Origin: Candidatus Latescibacterota bacterium
GTDB taxonomy: Bacteria > Latescibacterota > UBA2968 > UBA8231
Assembly (NCBI GenBank): GCA_965223905.1
Contig: CBDCXV010000001.1
Coordinates: 1,152,001-1,216,000, forward strand
DNA: 64,000 nucleotides
Direction of reading: 5' to 3'
Position numbers and translations under genes: made by a program. Below the pieces are notes generated by a model. It had not been told where the DNA came from, made no database searches, and saw nothing but the letters and a program-made list of their open reading frames with translations. Each line of letters starts with the position of its first letter. Position 1 is the first letter of the stretch. This document shows, in pieces, positions 8,953 to 19,401 of this stretch.

Positions 8953-10527
8953 GGGCGTCTTAAGTAATTGTTATAGCGCAATTCAGGTGCGTATGTGTAT
9001 ATTTTACAGTAAGTTGCTTTCTTTTTCCGCATCCCCTGCGGCGCGCTCCCCTGATTTCAGAAAGAAGGGGAGCGATGAGTGCGATTCTCTCTCTGGAAGT
9101 TTTTCAGGAGCGGCAGAGTCAGGACCGCTTTCGAAGCCGGGCGCATGAAGCCTTGGACCAATGGCTGGATCGGGTGGAGACGCAAATGAGCGAGCGCGGA
9201 TCTTGTGCGCCGACGTTGATGGAGATCACCGCGGCGATGTCTCAAGAGCGCTCCGGGCTCACCGCGGCCTTGGTGGAAGCCTTCGTCGAACGCCGCCACG
9301 GCCATTTCCTGGCCCAGGAAGAGGCGGCCTGCCCCAAGTGCAAAGGCCTGCTGCGAGCGCGCCCGTCTCGCTCGCGCACGGTGGAGACGCTGCTCGGGCC
9401 GGTGACCTTGGAGCGTCCCTATTTCTACTGCGTTGGCTGTCACCACGGGTTCTATCCGCTGGACGAGGCCCTGGGCCTGTCGGCGCAGCGCAAGCAGTGG
9501 GACGTGCAGCAGGCCGGGGTCAAGCTGGGGCTGGAGATGCCCCACCGGCGCGCCGCCGAACTGTTGGACGAGCTCACCGACGCGTCGATGAGCGATTGTG
9601 TGATTCACGAGGTGCTGCAACAGACCGGGTCGTTGGACGTGCTGCAGGTGTGTCCGGACGCGGCCGATATCCAGGATCGCATTGCGCAAGCCGCCGCCGG
9701 TCGCAAGTGGCGGCCGATCGTGGTGTTGGCCATCGACGCGGCCGACGTGCCCAGTCGTCCCCAGACCGCCAAAGGCACCCGTCCCGGACGCAAGAAGAGC
9801 CGGGCTCGGCGAAGGCGTTGGCAGGGGGAATACCACGAAGCCAAGGGCTTTCGCTTCTACCTGATAGACGATGAGCGCATCGAGCAGCTGATCTCCTGGC
9901 ACCAGATGGGCAACGAACAGGCCTTCGGCGCGGCCTTGCGCCAGGTCAAGGAGGCGGGGCTGATCCCGGAGGATCAGGTGCGCTTGTGTGCCATCGGAGA
10001 TGGCGCTCCGTGGATCTGGAAGTGGGTGGAAGAGCTGTTCCCGAGCGCCCGTCAGATCCTCGACTACTACCATTGCAGCAGCTACCTGCACGCGGTGGCC
10101 GAGGCCCAATACGGCGCCGATGCGGCGCGTGCTGCCCATTGGCTGGAAGCGACCCTGGCGCGCCTGTTCTGCGGCGAGGGCAGCGGCGTGGTCTGGGGTC
10201 TGCAGCGCATGCAGCCGCTCTCGGAAGAGGCCGGAGAGGCCATCGGCACGGCCTTGACCTACCTGCAAAAGCGACTGCACCAGGTCGATTTCGGCAGCCA
10301 TCGCAAGGGCGGATACCCGATCGGGTCGGGGGCGATCGAATCGGCGCATCGCTTCATCGGCCACGTTCGTCTGAAACGGTCGGGCGCTTGGTGGTATAAG
10401 GAAAACAGCAACGCCATTCTGGCCCTGCGCTGCGCCTTGTACAATGGAACGCTTGACCGGGTCTTTCAGCAGTACCGAGAAAACCTAAAAACAACCACCG
10501 AAACCGTAACAATCAGCTAAGACACCC
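8953..10527 (+). mobile_element. ISKra4-family insertion sequence, copy 1 (1575 bp)
   Basis: Ends GGGCGTCTTA / TAAGACACCC; 8-bp target duplication TATTCGGT at 8945-8952 and 10528-10535; near-identical copy at 42334. Confidence 0.92.
9075..10520 (+). CDS. ISKra4-family (UPF0236-like) DDE transposase
   Basis: CPKC..YFYCVGCH..PLDEALGL, IGDGAPWIW, QILDYYH, GYPIGSGAIESA. Confidence 0.88.
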   Translation: MSAILSLEVFQERQSQDRFRSRAHEALDQWLDRVETQMSERGSCAPTLMEITAAMSQERSGLTAALVEAFVERRHGHFLAQEEAACPKCKGLLRARPSRSRTVETLLGPVTLERPYFYCVGCHHGFYPLDEALGLSAQRKQWDVQQAGVKLGLEMPHRRAAELLDELTDASMSDCVIHEVLQQTGSLDVLQVCPDAADIQDRIAQAAAGRKWRPIVVLAIDAADVPSRPQTAKGTRPGRKKSRARRRRWQGEYHEAKGFRFYLIDDERIEQLISWHQMGNEQAFGAALRQVKEAGLIPEDQVRLCAIGDGAPWIWKWVEELFPSARQILDYYHCSSYLHAVAEAQYGADAARAAHWLEATLARLFCGEGSGVVWGLQRMQPLSEEAGEAIGTALTYLQKRLHQVDFGSHRKGGYPIGSGAIESAHRFIGHVRLKRSGAWWYKENSNAILALRCALYNGTLDRVFQQYRENLKTTTETVTIS

Positions 10528-11018
10528 TATTCGGTGCAAAGTCTCCATACCGGCTAATCCTGCTCAGCCGTACTGTAAACGCTGCTACACGAGTTGGAAA
10601 CGGTACGAGAACGAAGAGTACGAGGAAAACCATTGCCATCTGTGCGGAATCGAATATGAGGGGACTTTGCTCAAGCCTGTGTGTCGTGGCTGCTACAAAA
10701 AACATAAGGACGCTTTTGAGTTCGCAGTCAGCTAGCCCCCATTTCAGAAACAATCAAACCGCAAGGTATCGATGCCCTGAAAACACCTACTGGGAGTTGT
10801 ATGTCTTTACTGCGGGAAGATTTCCAGGAATGGAAAAGTGTATTTCTTCCATAATGAATGCGTTCACTGGCAGATGAGTCGAGAGAATTTCGATACCATC
10901 TCACTTTCATCAAGTCCGATTCGCCACGAAGGTTCCTTCGACTGTCCGAGGCTGATGTCGCTGACCTGCCAGCCCATCGCAGTTGCTCTTTTTGTTGGGT
11001 CCCCCAGCGTTTCCGGCC

Positions 11019-11843
11019 ATGATGCCTGAGCGCGGCGACAGCCTCGCCGTCCAGCCCACCGGCGGCGCCCTCGGCGCCGAGATCGCCGGATGCGACCTGT
11101 CGGAGCCGCTGACCCCCGCCCAGGTCGTCCGGGTGCGCCGCGCCCTGCTCGACCACGGTGTGGTCTTCTTTCGCCGGCAGCGGCTCGGCGACGAGGACTT
11201 GGTGCGCTTCACCGCCTGCTTCGGCAAACCGGTGCCCCACGTCCGCAAGCAGCGCCCGCGGCGGGTCAAGGAGATCTTCCTCATATCCAACATCAGGGAG
11301 AACGGCGAGCCGATCGGGGAGCTGGGTGACGAGCTGATCCCCTTCCACTCGGACCTCTCCTACCTCCAGCGTCCCGGCACTCTCTCCGTGCTCTACGCGC
11401 TGGAGATACCTTCGACCGGCGGCCAGACCCAGTGGTGCAACTGCACCGCGGCCTACGAGGAGCTCGACGGCGCCATGAAGGTCCGCCTGAAAGGGATGCG
11501 CGCCGTGCACCGCCACTACGTCGAAGCGCAGAACCCTCCCGGGCACGTCGCCCACCCGATCGTGCGCACCCACCCGGAGACGGGCCGGCGCTCGCTCTAT
11601 GTCGGCCCGCACCTGACGCGCTACGTCGTCGGCCTCGGCCCACAGGAGAGCGACTCCCTGCTCGCCGAGCTCTACGCCCATCTCGAGCAGCCCCGGTTCG
11701 TCTGGACCCACGAGTGGCAGGTCGGCGACGTCGTCCTCTTCGACAACCGTCCGACTTTGCACCGGCGCCTCCCCTTTCCCCCGGACCAGCGCCGCCTGAT
11801 GAAGCGCACCCAGGTCTTCAACGACGAGATACCGGTGGAGTAG
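11019..11843 (+). CDS. TauD/TfdA-family 2-oxoglutarate dioxygenase
   Basis: LGAEIAG, FHSDLSY (HxD), HPIVRTHPETGRRSLY, FDNR..LHRR. Confidence 0.9.
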   Translation: MMPERGDSLAVQPTGGALGAEIAGCDLSEPLTPAQVVRVRRALLDHGVVFFRRQRLGDEDLVRFTACFGKPVPHVRKQRPRRVKEIFLISNIRENGEPIGELGDELIPFHSDLSYLQRPGTLSVLYALEIPSTGGQTQWCNCTAAYEELDGAMKVRLKGMRAVHRHYVEAQNPPGHVAHPIVRTHPETGRRSLYVGPHLTRYVVGLGPQESDSLLAELYAHLEQPRFVWTHEWQVGDVVLFDNRPTLHRRLPFPPDQRRLMKRTQVFNDEIPVE

Positions 11844-11870
11844 CCCCGGGCGGCTCGAGCGAGCGATGAG

Positions 11871-14624
11871 ATGAAAGAGACGGAACTGACCGAACTCGAA
11901 CGGGAGCTGCAGGAGGCCCGGGCCCGCGGCAGCGCCCTGGAGGCGCGCCGGGAGTTCCGCACCACCCGGATCGAGCAAATCGAGGAGCGCCACCTGCGAG
12001 GGGAGGGAGGCCTGGCAATCGCCCGCGCCATCGCCGACGTCACCGACGCCATCGTCCTCGACGCGTACCGGGAGGCGACGGGCGCGGCCGCCGATCCGGC
12101 GCCGGCCCATGCCCTGGTGGCCCTGGGAGGGTACGGCCGCCGGGAGATGTCCCCCTTCTCCGACGTCGACCTGCTGTTCCTGTTCGACAAGGAGAAGGAC
12201 AAGAGCGCCGGACTGATCTCCGGGGTCCTCCATCCGCTGTGGGACGTCGGCTTCGACATCGGCCACGGCAGCCGCACGATCGCCGAGTCGGTGCGCATGA
12301 CCCGCGACGACATCGAGTCCTGCACCGCCATGCTGGACGGGCGCCTCCTCGCCGGGGACCGCGAGCTGTTCGACAGGTTCCAGAAGCGGCTGTTCGCGGG
12401 TCTGCCGAAGAAGACGGTGAACCGGCTCGCGGCGCTGCGGCGCTTCCGCAAGGACCGCTCCGGGCGGGTGCAGGTGCTCGAGCCGAACGTCAAGGAGAGC
12501 GCCGGCGGCCTGCGCGAGATCCACCTGCTCGAGTGGGCCCTGAAGGGGCGCGGCGGACCGGATCTCGCCAAGGTGTGGCCGCGCTTCCTCGACGCCGAGG
12601 ACGTCGAGACCCTGGCCGCGGGGCGCGATTTCCTGTGGCGGGTTCGCCACCAGCTGCACTTCGCGATGGGGCGCAAGCACGACGTCCTCGAACACGAGCA
12701 CAAGACCGCGATCGCCGCGGCCCTGGGATATGACGACCGCGCCGTCGGCGGGGAGGAGCCGGCCGGAGAGCCCGCCCAGGCAGGCGGCAACGGCGACCCC
12801 CGGCACCGGGTCGGAGCCGCGGACCGGCTCGGGGAGGACCGCGGGCTCGAGCTGGCCTCCGAGCATTTCATGCGCGACTACTACCTGCACGCCCGCGGCG
12901 TCTTCCACCTGGTCGAACTCGGTTTCGAGCGCGTCGTCGACAAGCCGCGGCGGCGCAGCCGCCGAATGCTGCTCGAGGATGGGGTGGTGGCCGTCGACGG
13001 CGAGATATCGCTGCCGGACGGCGAGGCCTACTTCCGCGAAGAGCCGCTTCGCCTGCTGCGGATATTCGCCCTCGCCCAGAGCCGGAACATGCGTCTCGGA
13101 GAGCAGGTGCAGCGCTGCATCCTGCAGGCCCTCGACCTGATCGACGACGGCTTCCGCCGCAGCCCCGACGCGAAGGCGATTTTCTCCGCGGTCATCCGCC
13201 GCAAGCAGCGGGTCGCCGCGACCATGAGGTCGATGCACGAGCTGGGGGTGCTGGGAGCCTACCTGCCGGAGTTCGGCTCGCTGACCTGTCTCGTCCAGTA
13301 CGACATCTTCCACCTCTACACCGTCGACGAGCACACCCTGGTCGCCCTGGAGAACCTCGAGACCCTGTCGAAGCGGGAGGAAGGCTCGAGCCTGAAACAG
13401 GTCCTCGGCGCCCTCGAGCGGCGCGACCTGCTGGTGCTCGGCATCCTCCTGCACGACGTCGGCAAGTCGCGGCGGCAGGAGCACATCTCCTGCGGGGTGG
13501 AGATGACGACGGAGCTCCTCGAGCGCCTGCAGCTGCCCGAGGCGGACCGCCGCTTCGTCCTCTTCCTGGTCGAGAATCACCAGGAGATGGTCCTCATCTC
13601 GCAGCGGCGCGACCTCGAAGACCACCGCATGATCGCCGAGTTCGCCGGCAGGTTCGCCAACCCCGACTGGCTGCACGCCCTCTACCTGCTCTCCTACGCC
13701 GACCTGTCCGCGGTCGCCAGCGACGCCTGGAACGACTGGCACGGCGCCCTGCTGTGGGAGCTCTACCGCAAGACCCTGGAGCAGCTCGAGTCGGGGCTGA
13801 AGACCCTGGAGGACCGGCAGTACGCCCGCCAGGCCCTCGACCGCCATCTCAAGGAGATCGCCGGCTCCTGGCCCGCCTCGAAGGTCAAGGCTTTCCAGGC
13901 GCACGTCGAAGCGCTCCCGGGCCGCTACCTGTCCGCCTACGGCCGCGAGGAGATCGAGCGCCACCTCGAGGCCATCGACGCCTTTCTCGCGGCCGAGCCG
14001 AAACAGGGGATCGCCGCCGGCTTCGTCGACCACCCCAGCCACACCGAGGTCCTGGTCTGCGCCCGCGACCAGCCCCACCTGCTGGCGAAGATCTGCGGCG
14101 TCCTGTCCGTCCACGACATCGACATCCTCCGCGCCGGGGTGAACACCCGCGACGACGGCATCGCCCTCGACGTCTTCCAGGTGACCGACGTCGACGGCAC
14201 GGCGCAGCTGCCGGAATGGAAGCGGGAGCGGGTGCGCGCGCAGCTGCAGGAGGTGATCGCCGGCATCAGCGACGTCGAGGACCTGTTCCGGCAGTACAGC
14301 GAGAACTGGCTCCGCCGCCGCCGCAACCTCCCGGTGCGCACCCCGGTGGTCGAGTTCGAGAACCAGGTCTCGGAGGAGTTCACCGTCGTCGACACCGACG
14401 TCCAGAACGGCGTCGGCGTGCTCTACGCCATCACCAGCCTGCTGGCGGAGTTCGATCTCAGCGTCCACACCGCCATCGTCACCACGGTCGCCGACCGCGC
14501 CAGGGACGCCTTCTACGTCGCCGACGGCAGCGGCCGGAAGATCGTCAACTACCAGGTCATGCAGGGGATTCGCGAGCGCCTCCTCGAAACTCTCGGGGCC
14601 GGGTCCGGGCCCCAAACGGCCTGA
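11871..14624 (+). CDS. glnD: [Protein-PII] uridylyltransferase / uridylyl-removing enzyme
   Basis: ALGGYGRREMSPFSDVDLL, EPNVKESAGGLR, HLYTVDEHT, LLHDVGK, two C-terminal ACT domains. Confidence 0.93.
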   Translation: MKETELTELERELQEARARGSALEARREFRTTRIEQIEERHLRGEGGLAIARAIADVTDAIVLDAYREATGAAADPAPAHALVALGGYGRREMSPFSDVDLLFLFDKEKDKSAGLISGVLHPLWDVGFDIGHGSRTIAESVRMTRDDIESCTAMLDGRLLAGDRELFDRFQKRLFAGLPKKTVNRLAALRRFRKDRSGRVQVLEPNVKESAGGLREIHLLEWALKGRGGPDLAKVWPRFLDAEDVETLAAGRDFLWRVRHQLHFAMGRKHDVLEHEHKTAIAAALGYDDRAVGGEEPAGEPAQAGGNGDPRHRVGAADRLGEDRGLELASEHFMRDYYLHARGVFHLVELGFERVVDKPRRRSRRMLLEDGVVAVDGEISLPDGEAYFREEPLRLLRIFALAQSRNMRLGEQVQRCILQALDLIDDGFRRSPDAKAIFSAVIRRKQRVAATMRSMHELGVLGAYLPEFGSLTCLVQYDIFHLYTVDEHTLVALENLETLSKREEGSSLKQVLGALERRDLLVLGILLHDVGKSRRQEHISCGVEMTTELLERLQLPEADRRFVLFLVENHQEMVLISQRRDLEDHRMIAEFAGRFANPDWLHALYLLSYADLSAVASDAWNDWHGALLWELYRKTLEQLESGLKTLEDRQYARQALDRHLKEIAGSWPASKVKAFQAHVEALPGRYLSAYGREEIERHLEAIDAFLAAEPKQGIAAGFVDHPSHTEVLVCARDQPHLLAKICGVLSVHDIDILRAGVNTRDDGIALDVFQVTDVDGTAQLPEWKRERVRAQLQEVIAGISDVEDLFRQYSENWLRRRRNLPVRTPVVEFENQVSEEFTVVDTDVQNGVGVLYAITSLLAEFDLSVHTAIVTTVADRARDAFYVADGSGRKIVNYQVMQGIRERLLETLGAGSGPQTA

Positions 14625-14634
14625 GGCCGCGGCG

Positions 14635-14940
14635 ATGACTCAGGAGAAATCAGCAAGGCGGGGGGGTTGGGACCCGGTGTTCCTGCACTCCCGCCGCGAG
14701 GCGCTGGTGATCTTCGCGGTCTGGCTCGCGGCGCTGGCCTGGGCGGTTCCCTTCTGCTACCTGACCGGGTACGGAGCCGGCGTGGCGCCGGCCACGGTGC
14801 TCGGCATTCCCTCCTGGGCCTTCTGGGGGATCGCCATGCCCTGGGTCCTCGCCAACGTCTTCACCGTCTGGTTCTGCTTCCGGTTCATGGAGGACGACCC
14901 GCTCGAAGCGTCCGCGGCCGACCCGGAGCAGGGGAGTTGA
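14635..14940 (+). CDS. Small two-TM protein accessory to an SSS transporter (DUF997-like)
   Basis: HSRREA, LGIPSWAFWGI.PW, MEDDPL; overlaps the SSS start. Confidence 0.65.
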   Translation: MTQEKSARRGGWDPVFLHSRREALVIFAVWLAALAWAVPFCYLTGYGAGVAPATVLGIPSWAFWGIAMPWVLANVFTVWFCFRFMEDDPLEASAADPEQGS

Positions 14941-16835
14941 CCGGCGCCGGCGGTTCCAACGCCGCCCTGTGGACGTTCCTCGTCTACATCGGCGGCGTCC
15001 TCTTCCTGGCCGCCCTGGCCAACCGCCTGCTCACGAACCGCAGCTTTCTCGGCGAGTACTTCCTCGGCAGCCGCAGCCTCGGAGTCTGGGCCTTCGCCCT
15101 GACCTTCGCGGCGACCAGCGCCTCGGGGGGCAGCTTCACCGGGTTCCCCTCGAAGATCTACACCCACGGCTGGATCCTGGCGCTGTGGATCGGCAGCTAC
15201 ATGGTGGTGCCGATCTGCATGATGGGCCTGATCGGCAAGCGCCTGAACCAGGTGGCCCGGATCTCGGGGGCCATCACCGTCCCCGACGTCTTCCGCGACC
15301 GCTTCGCCAGCCCCGGCTTCGGCCTGCTGGCCACCGCCCTCATCGTCTTCTTCATGGCCTTCAACCTGATCGCCCAGTTCAAGGCGGGGAGCCTGATACT
15401 CCAGACCCTGCTCGCCGACGTTCCGGCCTTTCAGGACTTCGCCCGCGGCGCGGCGCCCGCGGCCAGTGCCTGGGGCGGCTCCGTCGATCCGGGGTACCTG
15501 GTCTGCCTGGCCGCCTTCGGCCTCGTCGTCATCCTCTACACCACGTACGGCGGCTTTCACGCCGTCGTCTGGACCGACGTGCTGCAGGGAGCGGCGATGG
15601 TGCTGGGGGTCCTCATCATGCTGCCGCTGACCCTCGGCGAGGTCGGGGGGCTGCGGCAGGCGACAAAGGAGCTGGCGAAGATGACGCCGCCGCGCATCGG
15701 CACCGGCACCCTGGAGCTGCCCGAGTCGCGGCAGGCCGCCCGCATCCCCTCCGGCCACTGGATCTACCGCGGGGAAGCTGCCGGCCGAGCGGAGCTGTTC
15801 CGCGTCACCCGGGCGGTCGACGCCGCCCCGGGAGAGCAGGTCGAAGTGAACCTGCTCGAGGTGACCGCCTCCGAAGAGATCGCCCGCATCCGCTCCGATC
15901 TCGGCCTCGCGGAAAGCGACCTCCGACTAAGCAACCTCGAGCTCGAGCCTTACGCCCATGGCGCCGGGCAGCAGGGAGTCTACGTCTCCGGGCCGGGGCC
16001 TAGCCGCAGCTCTGCCGACGGTTTTCTGCCGCTGAGCCTCGCCTTCTCCTTCTTCTTCATGTGGGCGATCGCCGGCACCGGGCAGCCGGCCCACTACGTC
16101 CGGCTGATGGCCTTCCGCAGCTCGCGGACGCTGATGCGCTCCATAGTCACCGTCGCCTTCTACTACTCGATGATCTATTTCCCGCTGGTCATCATCTTCT
16201 GCTGCGCCCGCATCCTGCTGCCGGGGATGGAGACCGAGTCCGACCGCATCATGCCCGCGGTCGCCATCTACCTGACCGAGAACGCCGGCGTCGCCTGGCT
16301 CGGCGGCCTGCTGGTCGCGGCCCCGTTCGCCGCGGTGATGTCGACGGTCGACAGCTTCCTGCTGATGATCTCCTCCGCCCTGGTGCGGGACGTGTACCAG
16401 CGCAACGTCAACCCCGGGGTCGGGCAGGGCCGCATCCGGGCCCTCAGCTACCTCGTCACCCTGCTGGTCGGAGTCGCGGCGATGGCCGGCGCCGTCGATC
16501 CCCCGCAGTTCCTGCAGGACATCATCGTCTACACCGGCAGCGGCCTCGCCGCCTGCTTTCTCGGCCCGACCGTGTTCGCCCTCTACTGGCCGCGGGCCAA
16601 CGTCTGGGGGTGCGCCGCGGGCATGGCGGCCGGGTTCGCCGCGCACCTGGCGATGTACGCCGGGGGCATCTTCGTCAACGGCAGCTTCTTCCAGCCGGTC
16701 CGTATATTCAACCTCGATCCGATCCTCGCCGGCCTCGCCGTTTCCTTCGCCGGCACCTGGCTCGTCGCGCGCGCGACGCCGACGCCGCCGGACGAAATCA
16801 CCGAAACCTACTTCCGCACGGGAGGACGACAGTGA
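14937..16835 (+). CDS. Sodium:solute symporter (PanF/PutP-like)
   Basis: EYFLGSRSLG, ATSASGGSFTGFP, GGFHAVVWTDVLQG, AAVMSTVDSFLL; TTG start coupled to the upstream stop. Confidence 0.9.
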   Translation: MTGAGGSNAALWTFLVYIGGVLFLAALANRLLTNRSFLGEYFLGSRSLGVWAFALTFAATSASGGSFTGFPSKIYTHGWILALWIGSYMVVPICMMGLIGKRLNQVARISGAITVPDVFRDRFASPGFGLLATALIVFFMAFNLIAQFKAGSLILQTLLADVPAFQDFARGAAPAASAWGGSVDPGYLVCLAAFGLVVILYTTYGGFHAVVWTDVLQGAAMVLGVLIMLPLTLGEVGGLRQATKELAKMTPPRIGTGTLELPESRQAARIPSGHWIYRGEAAGRAELFRVTRAVDAAPGEQVEVNLLEVTASEEIARIRSDLGLAESDLRLSNLELEPYAHGAGQQGVYVSGPGPSRSSADGFLPLSLAFSFFFMWAIAGTGQPAHYVRLMAFRSSRTLMRSIVTVAFYYSMIYFPLVIIFCCARILLPGMETESDRIMPAVAIYLTENAGVAWLGGLLVAAPFAAVMSTVDSFLLMISSALVRDVYQRNVNPGVGQGRIRALSYLVTLLVGVAAMAGAVDPPQFLQDIIVYTGSGLAACFLGPTVFALYWPRANVWGCAAGMAAGFAAHLAMYAGGIFVNGSFFQPVRIFNLDPILAGLAVSFAGTWLVARATPTPPDEITETYFRTGGRQ

Positions 16836-18478
16836 ACGGCAACCGCGCAATCGCAAAAATCCTCAGGGCCGAGGGGGTCGACTGGGCCGCCGCTTTCCCC
16901 GAGCAGCCGCTGATCGATGAGCTCGTCGAGGAGGGGATCCGGCCGATCATCTGCCGCCACGAGCGCACCGGCGTCAACATGGCGGACGGGTACAGCCGCA
17001 CCCTGAACCAGTCCCGCTTCGGCGTCTTCACCATGCAGACGGGACCGGGCGCGGAGAACGCGCTGGGGGGCGTCGCCCAGGCCTTCGCCGACTCGATCCC
17101 GATCCTGCTGCTGCCGGGGGGGCAGTCGCGGCAGCGGACCCAGGTGCACCCCCACTTCGAGTCGGTGGAGAACTACCGGCTGATCACCAAGTGGGCGGCC
17201 GAAATCAACCTCGTCACCCGGGTACCCGAGCTGATGCGCCGCGCCTTCACGCTGCTCAAGAACGGCCGCCCCGGGCCGGTGCTGCTGGAGATCCTGCGCG
17301 ACGTCGGCCTCGAGGAGTTCCCGGGCGAGCTGGAGTACACCCCGGTCGCGAGGCTGAGGTCGGCCGCGGCCGCCGAGGACGTGCGCGACCTGGTCGCCGC
17401 CCTTGCGAAGGCGGAACGGCCGATGATCGTCGCCGGGCACGGCGTGCTCTGGGCCGAGGCCAGCGGGGAGCTGGCGCGCTTCGCCGAGCTGGCCGCGGTG
17501 CCGGTGATGACGACGCTGGCCGGAAAGAGCGGCTTTCCCGAGGACCATCCCCTTTCGCTGGGCTGCTACGGCAGCTCCGGAACCGACATGGCCGGCCGCT
17601 TTCTCACGAACGCCGACTTCATCCTCGGGGTCGGCACCAGCTTCACTCCCGCCAATCTCAACGCGGCGATTCCCGACGGGCCGGTGCTGGCGCAGATCAC
17701 CAACTGCCTCGAGGACGTCAACAAGTACCACGCCGTCAGCTACGGCGCCGTGGGGGACGCCCGGCTGGTTCTGAGGCAGGCGGTCGAGGAGGCGAAACGG
17801 CAGTTCGGAGAGCAGGGGCGGGATTCCTCCGGAGTCGCCGGGGAGATCGCCCGCATTCAGGCGGGCTTCATGGCGGAGTGGAAACCGCGCCTGACCTCGA
17901 ACGAGGTGCCGGTCAGCCCCTACCGCGTCTTCACCGAGATCGCGTCGGCGGTCGACGTCGCCAATACCATCATCACCCACGACTCCGGGTTTCCCCGAGA
18001 TCAGCTCGCCCCCTTCTGGCAGTCGACGACGCCGCGCAGCTACATGGGCTGGGGCAAGTCGACGCAGCTCGGCTACGGCCTCGGCCTCGCCCTCGGGGCC
18101 AAGCTCGCCGCCCCGGACAAGCAGGTCGTCAACGTCATGGGGGACGCCGCCTTCGGCATGGCGGGCTTCGACATCGAGACCGCGGCGCGCGCCGAGATAC
18201 CGATCCTCACCGTGGTGCTGAACAACGGCGTGATGACCCACTACCACGAGCACATGCCGCTGGCGACGGAACGCTGGGGCAGCAACAGGCTGGGGGGCGA
18301 CTACGCCGGGGTCGGCGCGGCGCTCGGGGCGTACGCGGAACGGGTCGACGACCCGGATGAGGTCGGCGCCGCCCTGCGCCGCGGGATCGCCGCCAACCGC
18401 GAGGGCAGGCCGGCGGTGATCGAGGTGATGACGAAGGAGGAAGAGGAGATCCCGATGTCGCTCCCGAGATCGGGCTGA
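16832..18478 (+). CDS. Thiamine pyrophosphate-requiring enzyme (acetolactate synthase-like family)
   Basis: CRHERTGVNMADGY, GPGAEN, GRPGPV, GDAAFGM..LNNG TPP-binding motif. Confidence 0.88.
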   Translation: MNGNRAIAKILRAEGVDWAAAFPEQPLIDELVEEGIRPIICRHERTGVNMADGYSRTLNQSRFGVFTMQTGPGAENALGGVAQAFADSIPILLLPGGQSRQRTQVHPHFESVENYRLITKWAAEINLVTRVPELMRRAFTLLKNGRPGPVLLEILRDVGLEEFPGELEYTPVARLRSAAAAEDVRDLVAALAKAERPMIVAGHGVLWAEASGELARFAELAAVPVMTTLAGKSGFPEDHPLSLGCYGSSGTDMAGRFLTNADFILGVGTSFTPANLNAAIPDGPVLAQITNCLEDVNKYHAVSYGAVGDARLVLRQAVEEAKRQFGEQGRDSSGVAGEIARIQAGFMAEWKPRLTSNEVPVSPYRVFTEIASAVDVANTIITHDSGFPRDQLAPFWQSTTPRSYMGWGKSTQLGYGLGLALGAKLAAPDKQVVNVMGDAAFGMAGFDIETAARAEIPILTVVLNNGVMTHYHEHMPLATERWGSNRLGGDYAGVGAALGAYAERVDDPDEVGAALRRGIAANREGRPAVIEVMTKEEEEIPMSLPRSG

Positions 18479-18519
18479 GCACGGTGGCGGGGGGCGCCGC
18501 GGAAGAGGAAAGCGACGGC

Positions 18520-19401
18520 ATGAGCGACCGCTACCGGATGACCGCGGAGGAGAAGTACTACTTCGACCTGCGGGGACACCTCGTGGTGCGGGATGTGCTG
18601 ACCGCCGCGGAAACAGCCGAGTGCAACGCCGCCATCGACCGCTTCGCCGGGCAGATGACGGAGCGCTCCCTCGAGGGGGGCGGCCTAGCCCGCGGTTCGC
18701 AGGCGCTCCGGGGAAGCAGCGGGCGGCGCGAGCTCACAGGAATGCTCGGGTGGCCGGCGTCCTGGCGCGAGCCGTTCCGCAGGCTGCTCGTCCATCCCGT
18801 GGTGGTGTCGCGGCTGAACGAGATCAGCGGCCGCGGCTTCCGCCTCGACCACGGACCCACCCTGATCGCGACGGCCGCCGGCACCGAGGGGCACGCCCTT
18901 CACGGCGCCGGGGAACCGTTCGCCCCTGCGACCTGGTATCACCACCAGAACGGCCGCATCCACTGCCGCGGCGTCACCGTCGCCTGGCAGCTCACCGACG
19001 TCAAGGCCGGCGACGGTGGTTTCGCCATCGTCCCGGGAAGCCACAAGTCGCGCGAGCCCACCCCCGCGGAGGTGCGCTCCGCAGAGGACGACATGGGGCT
19101 GATCGCGCAGCCGCAGATGCGGGCCGGGGACGTGCTCTTCTTCGCCGAGACCGCAACCCACGGCACCCTGCCCTGGCGCGGCGCCGGAGAGCGGCGGTCC
19201 GTCCTCTACAAGTACGCCTCGCGGGGAGCGGCGCGCAGCGTCGGGCGATTCTTCACGCCCCGCGACCGCTACGGCGAGTGGACGGAGGAGCTGACCCCCG
19301 AGCAGCAGGCGGTGCTGTACGGCCCCGGCGTCCACACCGGCGGGAAGCTGCCGATCCTCGAATCGGACGGGCGCACGGTTTCCGTCTCCGGGCGCAGGTG
19401 A
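18520..19401 (+). CDS. Phytanoyl-CoA dioxygenase (PhyH) family protein
   Basis: YYFDLRGHLVV, GFRLDH, GDGGFAIVPGSHKS, AGDVLFF..THGTLPW. Confidence 0.85.
   Translation: MSDRYRMTAEEKYYFDLRGHLVVRDVLTAAETAECNAAIDRFAGQMTERSLEGGGLARGSQALRGSSGRRELTGMLGWPASWREPFRRLLVHPVVVSRLNEISGRGFRLDHGPTLIATAAGTEGHALHGAGEPFAPATWYHHQNGRIHCRGVTVAWQLTDVKAGDGGFAIVPGSHKSREPTPAEVRSAEDDMGLIAQPQMRAGDVLFFAETATHGTLPWRGAGERRSVLYKYASRGAARSVGRFFTPRDRYGEWTEELTPEQQAVLYGPGVHTGGKLPILESDGRTVSVSGRR

Larger units (their letters stand above)
8406..10735 (+). pseudogene. Phospholipase D-family protein with C-terminal Cys-rich zinc fingers, split by an ISKra4-family IS
   Basis: N-part 8406-8952 (IISPFL, CYLNE..LLTSMNLYEFSQ); C-part 10528-10735 (IRCK..NPAQPYCKRCY..CHLCG..KPVCRGCY); compensating +1/-1 indels obscure the HAK motif; lower GC. 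Confidence 0.75.

Noticed and set aside
10728-14615. 1295-aa minus-strand ORF and similar long antisense ORFs (3231-5564, 20050-21624)
   Set aside because: Shadow frames of real GC-rich genes on the opposite strand; no recognisable motifs.
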